The notes under the pieces: model-generated
What the model was told of the DNA's origin: nothing
The model's input: only the letters and a program-made list of their open reading frames with translations
Database searches by the model: none
Shown here: positions 23,964 to 36,011 of the stretch, one piece after another
How positions within the stretch are numbered: position 1 is the first letter of the stretch
Layout of the letters: every line of letters starts with the position of its first letter
Program-made: the position numbers and the translations under genes
Source: Nemertoderma westbladi
Lineage: Eukaryota; Animalia; Xenacoelomorpha
DNA: 55,379 nt
Assembly (NCBI GenBank): GCA_032718475.1
Contig: JAUCBJ010005274.1
Span: forward strand, 1 to 55,379
Direction of reading: 5' to 3'

Positions 23964-25190
23964 ATGGCTGAACCGTTGGGTAAGTTAAGGAAACGGAGAG
24001 CAGTTCATAAAGCAACCGCTACTCGTTTAATGGGAGATCTCCATGGCGAAATGTACTCAGATTTCGCCAACCGTACATTACACGATGATGTCAATGTTGA
24101 AACTATAGAGGATTTATCTGAGGGATTGCGAAATCAGAGGGCGAAAATAGCTGAGTTGACTGAGGAGATTCAACATCTTGTAGAAGATAAAGATCAGTTA
24201 GTTACCGAAATCAATTCGTCTGCTAAGGATGACATGCAGATAGGTTCCTTATTGCGTCGAGTAGATAAGTTATTAGGTCTAGGTAATTCTGTAAGTCAGC
24301 ATGGCCAAATCCACCCTTCTGATCACATCGGTTTTAATCCAGAAAATACTGGGTTAGATAGAACCCAGATAGGAAACACGAGGCCTATGGGATTAACCCC
24401 TTCAGAAGCTTCCAAACCTTAAACTCCCAAAATTTAGTGGCGATCCGATAGAATGGCCCAATTTCTGGGATCGATTTGAGGATGCAATACATAAGAGAAC
24501 TGATCTAGCTGGAGCCACTAAATTTACGTATCTAGAAGGCCAACTTTCTGGTGAGGCTTCTTCTTTAGTAAAAAAAATTCCAGAGAAGTAATGATGATTA
24601 TATTGAGGCCATTGAACTTCTTAGGACTACTTATGGTCAGAAAAAGTTAATTATGAGGGCTCGTCTCAATACAGTGTTCGATATGGAGTCTCCTAAAGCG
24701 ACTTCGAAGGATTTAGCTTCATTTCGAGCAAATTATGAAGCGCAACTGCGTGGAATCAAACAGCTAGGAGGTAATGTGGAGGAATCTGGCTACGTATACG
24801 CCGAACTAATTCTTCGTAAGCTTCCTGCTTCAGTTCGTAGTAACATAAATAGGGCCGCTCACTCCACTTATTGGACGCTTGAGGAGTTACGGGTAGCTCT
24901 AAATGATGAAATCGAACAGTTAAAGGTCTACTGAGTCACAAAATACTTACCTAAAACCTCAGAATAACTATGGTAGTAAATTTAAAAGCGATAGTAGAAA
25001 TTCATCAGCCAATTCTTTGGGTTCTGAAACTGGAGGAACACTTGGCTCTTTCAGCACGACAGCAAGTACACCAATCGATAGGAAACGCAGACCGGTTTCC
25101 TGTTATCTATGTAAGGCAGATCATCCTGCCCGATTGTGTGACCAGTATAAGAATCCAAATCTTAAATTAGCTCGAGTTAGAGAATTGTGT
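23964..25190 (+). pseudogene. gag: Family C gag (frameshifted)
   Basis: ORFs 23964..24422, 24653..24934 and 25017.. joined by frameshifts; BEL capsid-like motif at 24423-24590. Confidence 0.8.
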
Positions 25191-25355
25191 TTATTATTAT
25201 TATTATTATTTTCATACAATGTTTATATAGTAAGAAACATGTACAACAGAGTAAATACTAGCACAAAGAATTAACAAATACAATTAGGCCTAAGTATAAT
25301 AAGCAATAATATACACAGAAATTCGTAATAGAAAATGCCCAAAAAATTCGTATGA

Positions 25356-28300
25356 CTAGTCCCCACACACTGAATTTATAATTAGATCGATTTCATCACG
25401 GTTAAAACCCAAAATATCGATTTCATTATTGCGGTAATTAAGTAGTTCTTTAATTAATTGAATAGCGCCCGGATCCCCGTTTTTATACCACTTTCTTGAT
25501 GCTACCTGCTTGGACATGAGCTTCAGTAAGTTCAACTCTTGACAAAAGTTTCCAATGCGGCGGAAGTTAACCCCACTGACTGTTCTACAATCCGGTAGAG
25601 AGACATTCGCGAGAAATCTGACACATAATTTATTGCTGTTGAGGAGAGACTGTGCAAAAGAAACAAACCGGCTGCAAATCATTGACATCGGATGCAGAAA
25701 AGTACACAAACCCTCCACAATATAACAATGAGTTTCGTAGGGAAGGTTGTAGACCGTACGGACATTAATATTCCACGCGCGGCCGACACGCTGCGCTCCA
25801 TCCGACCAGATATCCCACAAACTGCTACCATACAAACACATCGCATATCTTCTTTGTATTTCAAACAAACATGATGGATATGAGAATGAAAATTCCTGGT
25901 GTAAACTCCGTAATTTGCCTATAAATTGTCCTCTCTTACGAGTCATGTCTTGATCAAAGCTGCAGTTATAATCAACAACATTGCCAAGGTGCATCGCCTT
26001 CTTAACCCACGGAAGCTTAACTCCATCAAGTTTAACGTAATTACTAGGCTCAGACCAACGTTTTACAAACGGGATACACTTTGATTTGCTTTTTGCTGGG
26101 TCACTATCGCGGCTGAAATTTAATTAGTATTTCAAAGAGAATTCCTCACAAATCGAGATCATAAATTGTAGACCAACTATTGTAGGACATAATAACAATA
26201 AGTCATCGGCATATGCCAATACACCGAAATACACTGAACTGATACTGCAACCAACCTTGGATTTACGAAGAGCCACAATCAGTTTGTCTACAATGATACA
26301 AAAAAGAACCGGCGAAGCTACCGAACCCTGCCTGACGCCATTCGAAACCAAAAAAGGATCCGATAAATTGTTACCCCATTTAACACAACATGACTGTTCC
26401 TTGTACATCCACAGAAGCACCCTTACAAACAAAACCGAAAAACCTTTCTTTAGTAACTCCATAAATAATGTTACCCAATCCACCATATCGAACGCTTTCG
26501 ATAAATCAAGAAAACACCCATAGACTGGGGTTGAGAACCGCGAATAATGCGAAATGACTTCTTTAGCAGTCCATGTACAGCTGGTGGTACTCGAACCTTT
26601 TTGAAAGCCAAACTGAAGTTCATCTACAAGAACTCTGTCCCCTTGAGAAAGTAGCATTACCCACTCAAACACCTTAATAAGTAGTGAAGATAACGCTAGT
26701 GCCAGGTAATTATTTGATTTACTGAGATCACCCAAATTGTCTTTAACCAATGGAACAAGAGAACAAGTTAGAAGGTACTTAGGGACAAACCCATGAATGA
26801 GGAAGCTATTGAACATTGTCGCAATTACTACACGCACAGTGTAGTAATTCTCCTCCATTAATCAGACAATCGGAATTAAAATCAAAAAGAACATCAGATT
26901 TCGAATGTTTCAGTTTGAGTATAGCTGCTCTGACAAGTTCTGGAGTGATTTTATCCGAATCATGAACGGAGTAGCTGCTCAATTTAACAATAATTTCCTG
27001 GTCTAGCGCATTACTATCTGTACCATATTCCTGGTTGAATAGCCTCGAGTAAATCGATGCAAAATTACCTGCAATCCCCTTACCATCTGCAATTCCATCA
27101 ATGGTGCTGCTCAGCATACCGCATTTACGCCCACGCAAATTCTTTATCATACTAAAAATATAATTATTATTATCCAGGCACGCTTGTAAAAATTTATCTC
27201 TCTTTACTGTATCACTCGACTTTTTTAGACGTCGTACCGCATATTTATATTGTGCTCTTGATGAACAACGTAAATAAAACAAATTACCGTTATTTGCATC
27301 CGGTTTACCAGCTGCACACCACATATTATGCCAGAACATGGCTTCCGTTTTATACGGCTTCACATAATCATTCCACCCCGGCCATTGTTTATTATTTGAA
27401 GCACCTGATACCGGTAAACAATTACATGCTGCTTTATCAATAGCATCTAACACCTCAAAACAATAACATTCTAAATCAATTGTGTGATCTGGGTTGTCAC
27501 ACAAAATATTGCTACACTGGCTACATTCTAAATTAAGATTACTGAGTGAATTATTTAAACAACTAATAAAATTTTCCTTTTCTGTATCATTTGCCTTTTG
27601 AAAATTAGGCTTCCGTTTATTCACGTTGTCTGATACATCGGGTACAGAATTTATATGAACGTAATTAAATTGTGCATAAATAGGGCTATGGTTAGATACG
27701 TTATCTCCCGAATGCACAACCCCACAATCTGACATATTATCAATAAGAGTACTCGAACACATAAAACGATCAATTAACGATGTACTTATGGTGTTGTTGG
27801 CACAAAACATATATGTATAATCTACCTCGTGGAAGTCCCATAAGTCTACAAGACCAATCTCATTGAAAAATGATTGTACTGTACGAACATGTGCCGTGGA
27901 TCGCACAAAATCGGTATTCAGATCTCCCGCTAGCAATGTAAGGGGCGAACCGTTGTTATTTATAACTGTACGAATGTCGTTCAATATTATCAAGAGTTCA
28001 TCTGACACTGTATCACGTAACTGTGGATCAACCGGAAAATACGCATTTAACAAAAGCAATGGGTTACTTTCACCGGGCAAACATAACTGAACAGCCTGAA
28101 AACGAAAATTACCAGTTTTTACTGTATTAACATTAATAAATTTCATCAATTCTCTTTTAATAAATATACATAGTCCTCCTACCGGACGACCACGTTGCTG
28201 CTCATTACGATAGACCGCAGGTTCTAAAGCACAATAAAACTCAGAAAATGCATTACGTATTCGATAACTATTATCTTTTAAAATAAAATGTTCCTGCAAA

Positions 28301-28443
28301 CAAATGATATCCGACCCCAACGAAAGCACCTTCAAAAAGTCAATTTTATTATCTGCAAAACCTGTGCTGTTGTACGAGACAAATTTAAGTTTACTAAGAC
28401 TTAGACTACTAATAGGTTCAGTTAATGGTGGTGGAGTAGCCAT
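25356..28443 (-). pseudogene. LINE ORF2: APE endonuclease plus reverse transcriptase (one frameshift at ~26850, one stop at 26124)
   Basis: SYNSTG, ICLQEH, AGDLN, SLIDRF, SNHSPI (APE); QFGFQ, DLSKAFD, GVRQGSVASP, YADD (RT). Confidence 0.9.
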
Positions 28444-28515
28444 GATGTGATATATACAAGCGATAATAATAATATGCCATAAAAAATAACAAATCAGACT
28501 ATATATACACTATGC

Positions 28516-29694
28516 TTAATAAACAACCTGGGGCGGGGGGCCCCTCCGATCGACGTTTGAGCTAGGATAGAATACATACTTGCGAACACACACTCCCGCA
28601 GGCCAAATTTCTGGATTCAGCAACTCCTCTAGTTTATCGACCGAATAAGAAACCCGGAAGCTCATCGTGCGCGCATCATCGTGAGACATTTTTACGATAT
28701 CTTTCTCTGTAACGGTAATGTTACTGAACTTGAGATCTTCTACGATATCAGCTGCTGTAGTACCTCGTTGCAATCGGAAAACAAACACCGAGCCCGGAGC
28801 GGCTTTAGATCTCAAGGATGAACTACCGCCGGGACCGGATTTACTCTTTGTGCCCGTGCCCATAACGTACTCCGGTCGCTGGCGTCTTCTCTGAACCAAC
28901 TGAAAGGGAAGTTCGTTGTCTTTATCCTCCGGATTGCGCGACGGCGACAGCCGTGGACGTTTGCTACTCCCATTCCCGTCGCCCTGGGGGGCTACGGTAT
29001 TTGGAATACCTCGAGATCTCCCACTTTGTCCACGGGTTGGCGTTACGTACCGACGTGGACCACCCTGTCTTGGCGACATCCCTTGGAGGTGCTGCGTAAC
29101 ATCAGCATACAGAGGTTTGCGGGTAGCTGGTGGTGGCGCTAATGACCCTGGTCCATGGGGACCATAACCTGGCAAGGGAGGCGGTAACACCCCTGTCGAA
29201 GGCGTTCCCCACCCAGATCGCGAGATGGTAATCTTAGAATCAATACTAGATATTGACTCTTTCATCTTGTCAACCTTTTCATCCAACAATGATAACCTAC
29301 TTAGCATTTCAGTTTCTGAAATACTTGACCCAGAACCCATACCGGTACCGGCACAACCAGATTCAGATAAGGCCACCCCGAAACGCGGGAGGGACAGGGC
29401 CTCTAATGCCCCTACAGCGATAAATGGCAACAGCCCATCTTTATCGAGATCAACCATTCTCTCCCAAGTGTCCTTCAGATTGGCTTGGGCTACGGTCCTC
29501 TCAGCAGACTCACGACGAAAAACCATCTCCAACCCCACCTTCTCATAGAGTGCGGACTTCGCCTGCAAAATTTCTTCTGGAGTAAATCTCGCTAAACATA
29601 ACTCGCTACACGCAGCGTGCGTTTGCGAACTCAAACCTTGTAATAACACAGTTAGGCAGGAGTTTATAATAAATCCATTTGCATCAATATCCAT
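28516..29694 (-). CDS. LINE ORF1 protein (coiled-coil plus C-terminal RRM-like domain)
   Basis: Intact 392-aa ORF directly upstream of ORF2; VFVFRL...SFRV...LLNPEIWPAGVCVRKY is typical of invertebrate CR1-group ORF1. Confidence 0.8.
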   Translation of the reverse strand: MDIDANGFIINSCLTVLLQGLSSQTHAACSELCLARFTPEEILQAKSALYEKVGLEMVFRRESAERTVAQANLKDTWERMVDLDKDGLLPFIAVGALEALSLPRFGVALSESGCAGTGMGSGSSISETEMLSRLSLLDEKVDKMKESISSIDSKITISRSGWGTPSTGVLPPPLPGYGPHGPGSLAPPPATRKPLYADVTQHLQGMSPRQGGPRRYVTPTRGQSGRSRGIPNTVAPQGDGNGSSKRPRLSPSRNPEDKDNELPFQLVQRRRQRPEYVMGTGTKSKSGPGGSSSLRSKAAPGSVFVFRLQRGTTAADIVEDLKFSNITVTEKDIVKMSHDDARTMSFRVSYSVDKLEELLNPEIWPAGVCVRKYVFYPSSNVDRRGPPPQVVY

Positions 29695-29780
29695 AATCTG
29701 AAGATATTGGTCAGGCAGTCAGGTATTAATCAGGCAGTCTGTAAGCATTAGGTCTACTGCAGTACCCTAGCAATCAATCA

Positions 29781-31613
29781 TGTACAAGATGTCTTAGACA
29801 TAGACATTCAGAAGGTAAACCATGTCTCAGTGAAGAAGGTTGTCAAGTATGTAGGAAGGGTCACCATACCATTCTCCATTTGGATTCTAAACCAAATCCT
29901 AGTACAGTTGCAGCTATTACATCTGATTCAGGGGATGTTTCTTTGGCAACTTCGGGTGGATCTACATTACTTCCTACCGCAATCTGTCCTATAAGATTCC
30001 TAAATGATGGGAAGGAGGATGATTACTCTGTTCGTACAATTCTCGATCAAGCTGCACAACATACTTTTATACTCCGTCGAATTGTCAAGGCATTAGGATT
30101 GAAGACAATTAATAAGGTTTCATCTTCTATAGACGGATTTAATAAGGAAGGACCAAGGAAGGTTTATGATGAAGTTCGTTTCCGTATTTCAACTTCGGAT
30201 GGTTTAATTGAAACTTGGGCGTTAGTTGTAGATAAGTTGCCTCTTAGATTATCTTCCCCGGGTCGTACCAAGATGGTCTCTCAACTACAGCTGCGTGGAT
30301 TTAAGTTAGCAGATCCTCGTACCGGAGATGATTTATCTGACATTGGGTTGGTGATAGGAGTCGACCAGTACTTTAACTTTGTTTATGGGGAATGTATTCA
30401 AAGTGGTATTTATTGGCTTCCTTCTAATCTTGGTGATGTCATTGCTGGTACATTGCCTTTATGTGATTCCCAATCAAACTCAATTCAATCAAATGCTATT
30501 ACGGCTCTCCTTATTGGTTGTGTTGAAGAGTCGGATAATGTTGATGATGCCCTCGAACGACTTTGGAGATTAGATACAATCGATATCTCACCTGATGATA
30601 CCAACCCTATTGATGAAGTTGTTATGAAGGAATTTGAAGAAAACACTAAGTATGTTGATGGAAGATATGTTGTTCATATGTTTTCCAAGTCTACCATCCA
30701 ATTACGGATTAACGATAAAGCGACTTCAGTCGACATTGACGAATTTGTCAAAGAATCCTTTGTTATTGGAATGTTATAATAGTATTAGTCTTCAACAGTT
30801 AGAACGTGGATTTATAGAACTAGCACCCCCCTATATTGCTACGGGTTCTAAAATACACTACCTAGCCCACCATGGAGTTGAAAAACAATCGATAACAACT
30901 CCATTACGAATCGTATTCGATTGTTCAGCACGGGCTGGTCGCGGGTTACCGAGTCTCAACGACTGTTTGTATTCAGGACCGAGTTTAATCTCACAAGATC
31001 TCATTGAAATACTACTGCGTTTTCGTCTGAACCTGTATTGCGCATTGGCGGATATCGAGAAGGCTTACTTACAGGTGATATTAGATGAAAACGATCGTGA
31101 CGTCACATGCTTCATGTGGCCAGAGGATGCAACCAATCCTCACATTCCTTGGGTCACATATCGATTTCGAGTAGTCCTTTTTGGTGCTACTTGTTCCCAA
31201 TTCCTTCTCAATGCTACTGTGCATCATCATGTCCGCAAACTAAACCCTACATGCGCTCAAACGTATTCTCAATGGTTTGTATGTAGACAATTTACAAGCT
31301 AATGATAATTCTGAGCATTGTTTAATTAATTTTTATAACTAAAGTCGTGGTATTTTAGCCGCTGGTAGGTTTCCTTTAAGGGAGTGGGTTACTAATTCAC
31401 CAGAATTAGCTGAGTTGATAAAAGTAAACCATGACGGACCTAAAGTAACTAATAATGAACAAAAGGTTTTGGGATTATGTTGGAACATGTCTGATGACGT
31501 CATAGGATTCCAAGATAGGAACATGACATCATCAGCGGTTATTTTAACAAAACGTAAGGTTGTTAGTTTGGCATCAAAGTTTTTTGATCCATTGGGATTC
31601 ATAAATCCAGTGA
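29781..31613 (+). pseudogene. pol: Family C gag end, protease and RT (frameshifted)
   Basis: ORFs 29880..30779, 30634..31302 and 31415.. carry BEL protease and RT motifs. Confidence 0.85.
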
Positions 31614-32720
31614 TGTTCGCGCTTTTAAGACTTTTGGCAGTTTAACCCGCCAAATCTATATGTCTTCTAGGTTATAAATCGACTCTAGCCTATGACAAGT
31701 ATTTGATACAAATAAATCCAACATTAGCCGAAGCCAGTCTATGCGCGACCATTCACCCGCTGGATATACCCGGGAGACTGGATTCGGATGCTTTAATTTG
31801 ATTGCGGTGCAGGCCTACCGTACTATTCGATTGATCGTTAATATATAATCTCTGACAAATATTATTCACTTTCGGGAAATATTAGCAGTTCCTTTAGGAC
31901 GTGGCGCTCTATCCATATAAACAGAGTTATGACTTACACTATACACAACGGGATGGCTTATAGATCACAAAAGGTGCATTCTTTAGGAAATGCTTTGTTA
32001 CTCGGTCAAGCACATACAGACTATTGCACACCACCGCACACTGAATTGCCGATATTCACTGCTTTTAATCATGTATAAAGAGAACAGCAACCGACATTTG
32101 TAGGGCCTATTAAGTAGCATTGAATTCACTACAAACCACGATAATGTATGTCGCAATTGCTATATGTAACCGGTCTCTCTAACCTTAGTGTATCAAGAAG
32201 ATTGGGGTTTCTGATCGTTTATCAATATTCTCCAAATAACAATATGCAAACGAATGATACATTTAATAACAAACCGTAAATAGCAGTAAATAATGCGGTG
32301 AAAAGCAGTTTGAGTTTACAGCACGTAGTATGCAGTACCGTGCCAGACCAGGTAGGTAGTGTGCCAAGTTAACCAAGATAACAGTTTTGTGATCTTATAA
32401 TTAAAGACGTTCTAATGTTGGAAAATTCAGAAACATTCCACAGCCGATGATGTTCTAAGCTGGGAAAAACGTCATTACTGAATCATGTGATTCGTGGTAT
32501 GCATTTTACACACAAAGAGGTAATCTATCACTGTGATTGGTCAACCGTTGTTCTGATTGGTTGATCGAACGGAACAAAGAGGCTACACAAGTACAGCAAA
32601 TCAGCCAACCAGCGGGCGGATTGTGCCACTAGAAGATACAGTTTAGAGGATTTGAGCGAATGGGGGAAAACTGGATTACGAATGGAAAAAGGCCAGTTAT
32701 ATCCCCCAAAAGCTTTTACA
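31614..32720 (-). repeat. 3' LTR of A2 (1107 bp)
   Basis: TGT..ACA termini; PPT GGGAGCGG at 32721-32728; CCAAT boxes on the minus strand near 32535 and 32556. Confidence 0.9.
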
Positions 32721-32798
32721 CCGCTCCCAGAAAATGGGATTTAATTATATAAAATATAAAAAATCACAGTTTCTAAAATATAAAAATACTCTAAACAG

Positions 32799-34319
32799 TT
32801 AGTCTTTCTTGCGCGGACGGCGTTTACGCAGTTTCTTGAGGCTAGCAAGAGTCCTTTTCTCTTTGGTGCGAGCCACTTTACTAGGAGGGCTACAACTCCT
32901 GGGTGAAGGGTGCAATACAATTGCATCAGAAGGTTTAAGGTTACGGTCGGTGTCTCGTCCATTTCGATATGCTTCTCCTCGAGCTGATTTTCCTCCGCTT
33001 GTCGTTGGATACGTTCGTCCAAAATTCTCGCAGAGAATAGGGTTGTCTAAGTTCGATATCTTCTTAGAGATTCTGGATTTCCCAATCGAACTGAGATAAA
33101 GCCAATTCATTTATCGCTTGGACTTGCTGTTACAACTTACGTTTATCTGAACAAACGCAGGTTTCCTTTCTGATCTTTGTAGAATAGCGTTTAACTCGTT
33201 TCGTACAACGCTCTCCTCCACCTTGATGAAGGGTTGTATCGCGTTAAACTGGGACGACTATACGGTTGAATGGCGATATTAGGTATCCGCGTCCCAATAC
33301 GGCTAGGTAAGATGGGCGGCTAGCTAGAGCTCACTGCCGGAGTGTTACCGATTAATTGTTAGGGTAACACTAGATCTTTGAACAGTGAATACAGCTCGTG
33401 AGGATCCGTGATACTATCAGAATCGAAAGTCTGATGTCTAACTAAGGAATGAGGAGGTCTGACCGAGGATTCCGGAACTCTGATCGTAGGTTTACTCAAG
33501 GATCGTCTGAGTCGAGAGAGCGTAGGTGATACATCGAATAAGTTTCGCTCAAAACTCCAGTAAATATAACGAGTACAACTGTGTTTAGCATAACATCTCC
33601 GCGGATGTTTGTCTTTCCGTTTGCGGATTGGGTCTAGGGCATTCATCGCAGTAATACCAAAGACGCACGTCCTGCATGGGAAACGCGAGTGATCGTTCGC
33701 CGGTTTTACAATATTCTTCCATCGGTTCGAAGCTATCCGGTACAACAGGTAGCGGTCGATCGGCGGTAAGATACATCATAGTGAAATAGAGTCGTTTGAG
33801 TTCTATCATACAGTCATGATGTATACCTTGAAGATATCGAGTTTCTTTCTAGATTCTGTTGACTGGCTATATTGAGATATGTTTCGCTCAAAATTCCAGA
33901 TACTCGTTGAAGTTGCTGCGCTTATCCGGATCTTCAACGTCCTCTCTTTCGAGTCGGTTCCGAATAGAATTCTCGTGTTCTATTCTCGGTTTATCGTTAC
34001 GACTACGCTGGGCATGGTATTTAAATAAAACCATTTCCCTTTCGGTGTCTACGTCGTCCGTATCGTGTAAATCGATAGAATGGCCAGTGGTTAAGAAGTC
34101 CATATACGTACCATTACGATGCGTGTAGCGAGCGGTGAATTTTCTACAGTCCAACCCACACGCAAGTTGCTCCCGGGACATTGGCGGTTAGATATAACGA
34201 CCATCGTCCTCCGTAGTAGTTGGACCAGCGTCGCCGCGTATCAAGCTATCAACAAACGCTTGTAAAGGTAGAGTATATCGCTCCCTGATACCGAGATCAT
34301 CTTCTATCAACTCAATCAT
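32799..34319 (-). pseudogene. A2 accessory gene, with a ~2.7-kb deletion removing the exonuclease and zinc knuckles
   Basis: Homologous to 16121-14750 and 12048-11893, fused at ~32952. Confidence 0.85.
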
Positions 34320-36011
34320 ATCTGCTATATAAGTTTATCCATATTATAATGAGTTTATATTTAGGCGAGCGGGCGTCGCTGCCTACCCCTCTCTGCCCCC
34401 GGACAGTGCGAGATCCTCAGCGCTGGTGTACTTTCGCCGATGTGCCTATCGCCAATGTCGTAGCTGCACAACGACTACAACAACCAGCACGAGTCACTCC
34501 ACCGTCCGTCCCAAAGGCTTAGATATACTTCAGGTTCTTACTGGAGAGTTAGGGCTACTTTCACAATTGCGACTCGCTACTGTAAACACACCTTAGTAGT
34601 AACATTCACCTACAAACGCACAAATTACACGTAACTGTCACAAATGGTACACATTCTATCACACATTCGGGTCATTTGTCCGTTAGTCAAGTGCCTTCCA
34701 GAATGTCACGTTGTTATTATGTATCCGCATATGCAGTGCGCTATTTATTCCCTATGCTATTCAATGGGGCAAGCTTTCTATTGTTCTTTTAACTCACTTC
34801 CAATTCTAGCGTGGTTGTTGCCATGGTGACATTATGGAAAGCTAGCGGTAGAATTAGGGTAATTCTCATGCATACAGATCTGGGATGCTATTTAATAGTA
34901 ATTCTTTAATGGTCAATATCCCCTTTATACATGATTTTATGAATTTTATCGGCTATTGACTATATATTGGAGATTCTCGCACACTAATACACTTAATAGA
35001 GTGAATCTCCGCTCCCATGATCTATTAATTAATGGAATTTTGGGAATGTTATAAATTGTATAAAAATGACAATTTATTAAATTCATTAAAATATATGAAT
35101 TTAAATTTATTCCCGTAAATTTTATTATTTAATGTTAAATAGACACAATTTTATTCCAGAACGTGTCTGGGGACTGGGATCCTTGATTCTAGGAATTTTG
35201 ACCTTTTAAGAGTATCGGTAAGTGCTACGATATCTTAATCGACTAGAATTTTAAAGGATCTAAAATTTCGACAGATTTTATAAATATTAATAATTAATAT
35301 TTAGGATGGGCGCCAGTTTATTCCAGAACTTGTCTGGGGACGTTAACCACTGATTCTAGAATTTGTCTTTCAAGTATATCGGTGGGTGCCGCGATATCTT
35401 AATCGACTAGAATTACAGATGGTCAAAGGGTTTAACAGATTTATTTTGCGTTATACGCTACTGTTAAAAGGACATCACGCTACTATATGTATTATTTAAT
35501 ATACGGTATGAGAGCAATATCGCACGAAGCAATGTCAGTGAGAAGAGGCAAGTCGTTTCCAAGGTCTACCCAGAGCTTGGTTTAGCCGAGACACGAGGAT
35601 CTGAATTTTGCATTCCTAATACTCTGCTTACCAATAATACTTAAATATAGTAGGAGCTTTATTGTACTTTAATAAGTACGGATGTGTCATCTTACTTATT
35701 ACGTATTTGTAATGTAATACGGACAGTAAGGAAAGATTACATCTTACATATTACGTATTTGTAATGTAATACGGACAGTAAGGAAAGAGAAAAAGAATTA
35801 TTTCTCGCCATCGCACTAAATATATAATATATAAGTAATTAAGTAATAAACGCGAATATATATTGCACTAATCTACTAAATAATCGCTAAAATAACATTC
35901 TACTAAATAAAATTAAAGAAAACGATTATAATAAAATTACATAATAATACATACATAAATATAAAATAATAAGAATAAAATAATATGGTCACACACCCAC
36001 TCCATATGCTA

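Larger units (their letters stand above)
25191..29780 (-). mobile_element. Full-length CR1-group (L2/Crack-like) LINE, ~4.6 kb
   Basis: ORF1 plus APE-RT ORF2, short 5' UTR and (AAT)n tail at 25191-25210; removing it restores family C gag (ELCTRC); possible 3-bp TGT duplication. Confidence 0.9.
23337..31613 (+). mobile_element. BEL/Pao LTR retrotransposon family C (degenerate; interrupted by a LINE, cut by A2)
   Basis: Gag 23964-25190 (LPKFSGDPIEWPNFWDRF..KFTYL; CYLCKADHPARLC) resumes at 29781 (CTRCLRHRH, CQVCRKGHHTILH); protease ILDQAAQHTFI; RT YLAHHGV..LRIVFDCS..SLNDCLYSGP..ADIEKAYLQ..FGATCSQF; SKFFDPLG just before the A2 LTR. Confidence 0.9.
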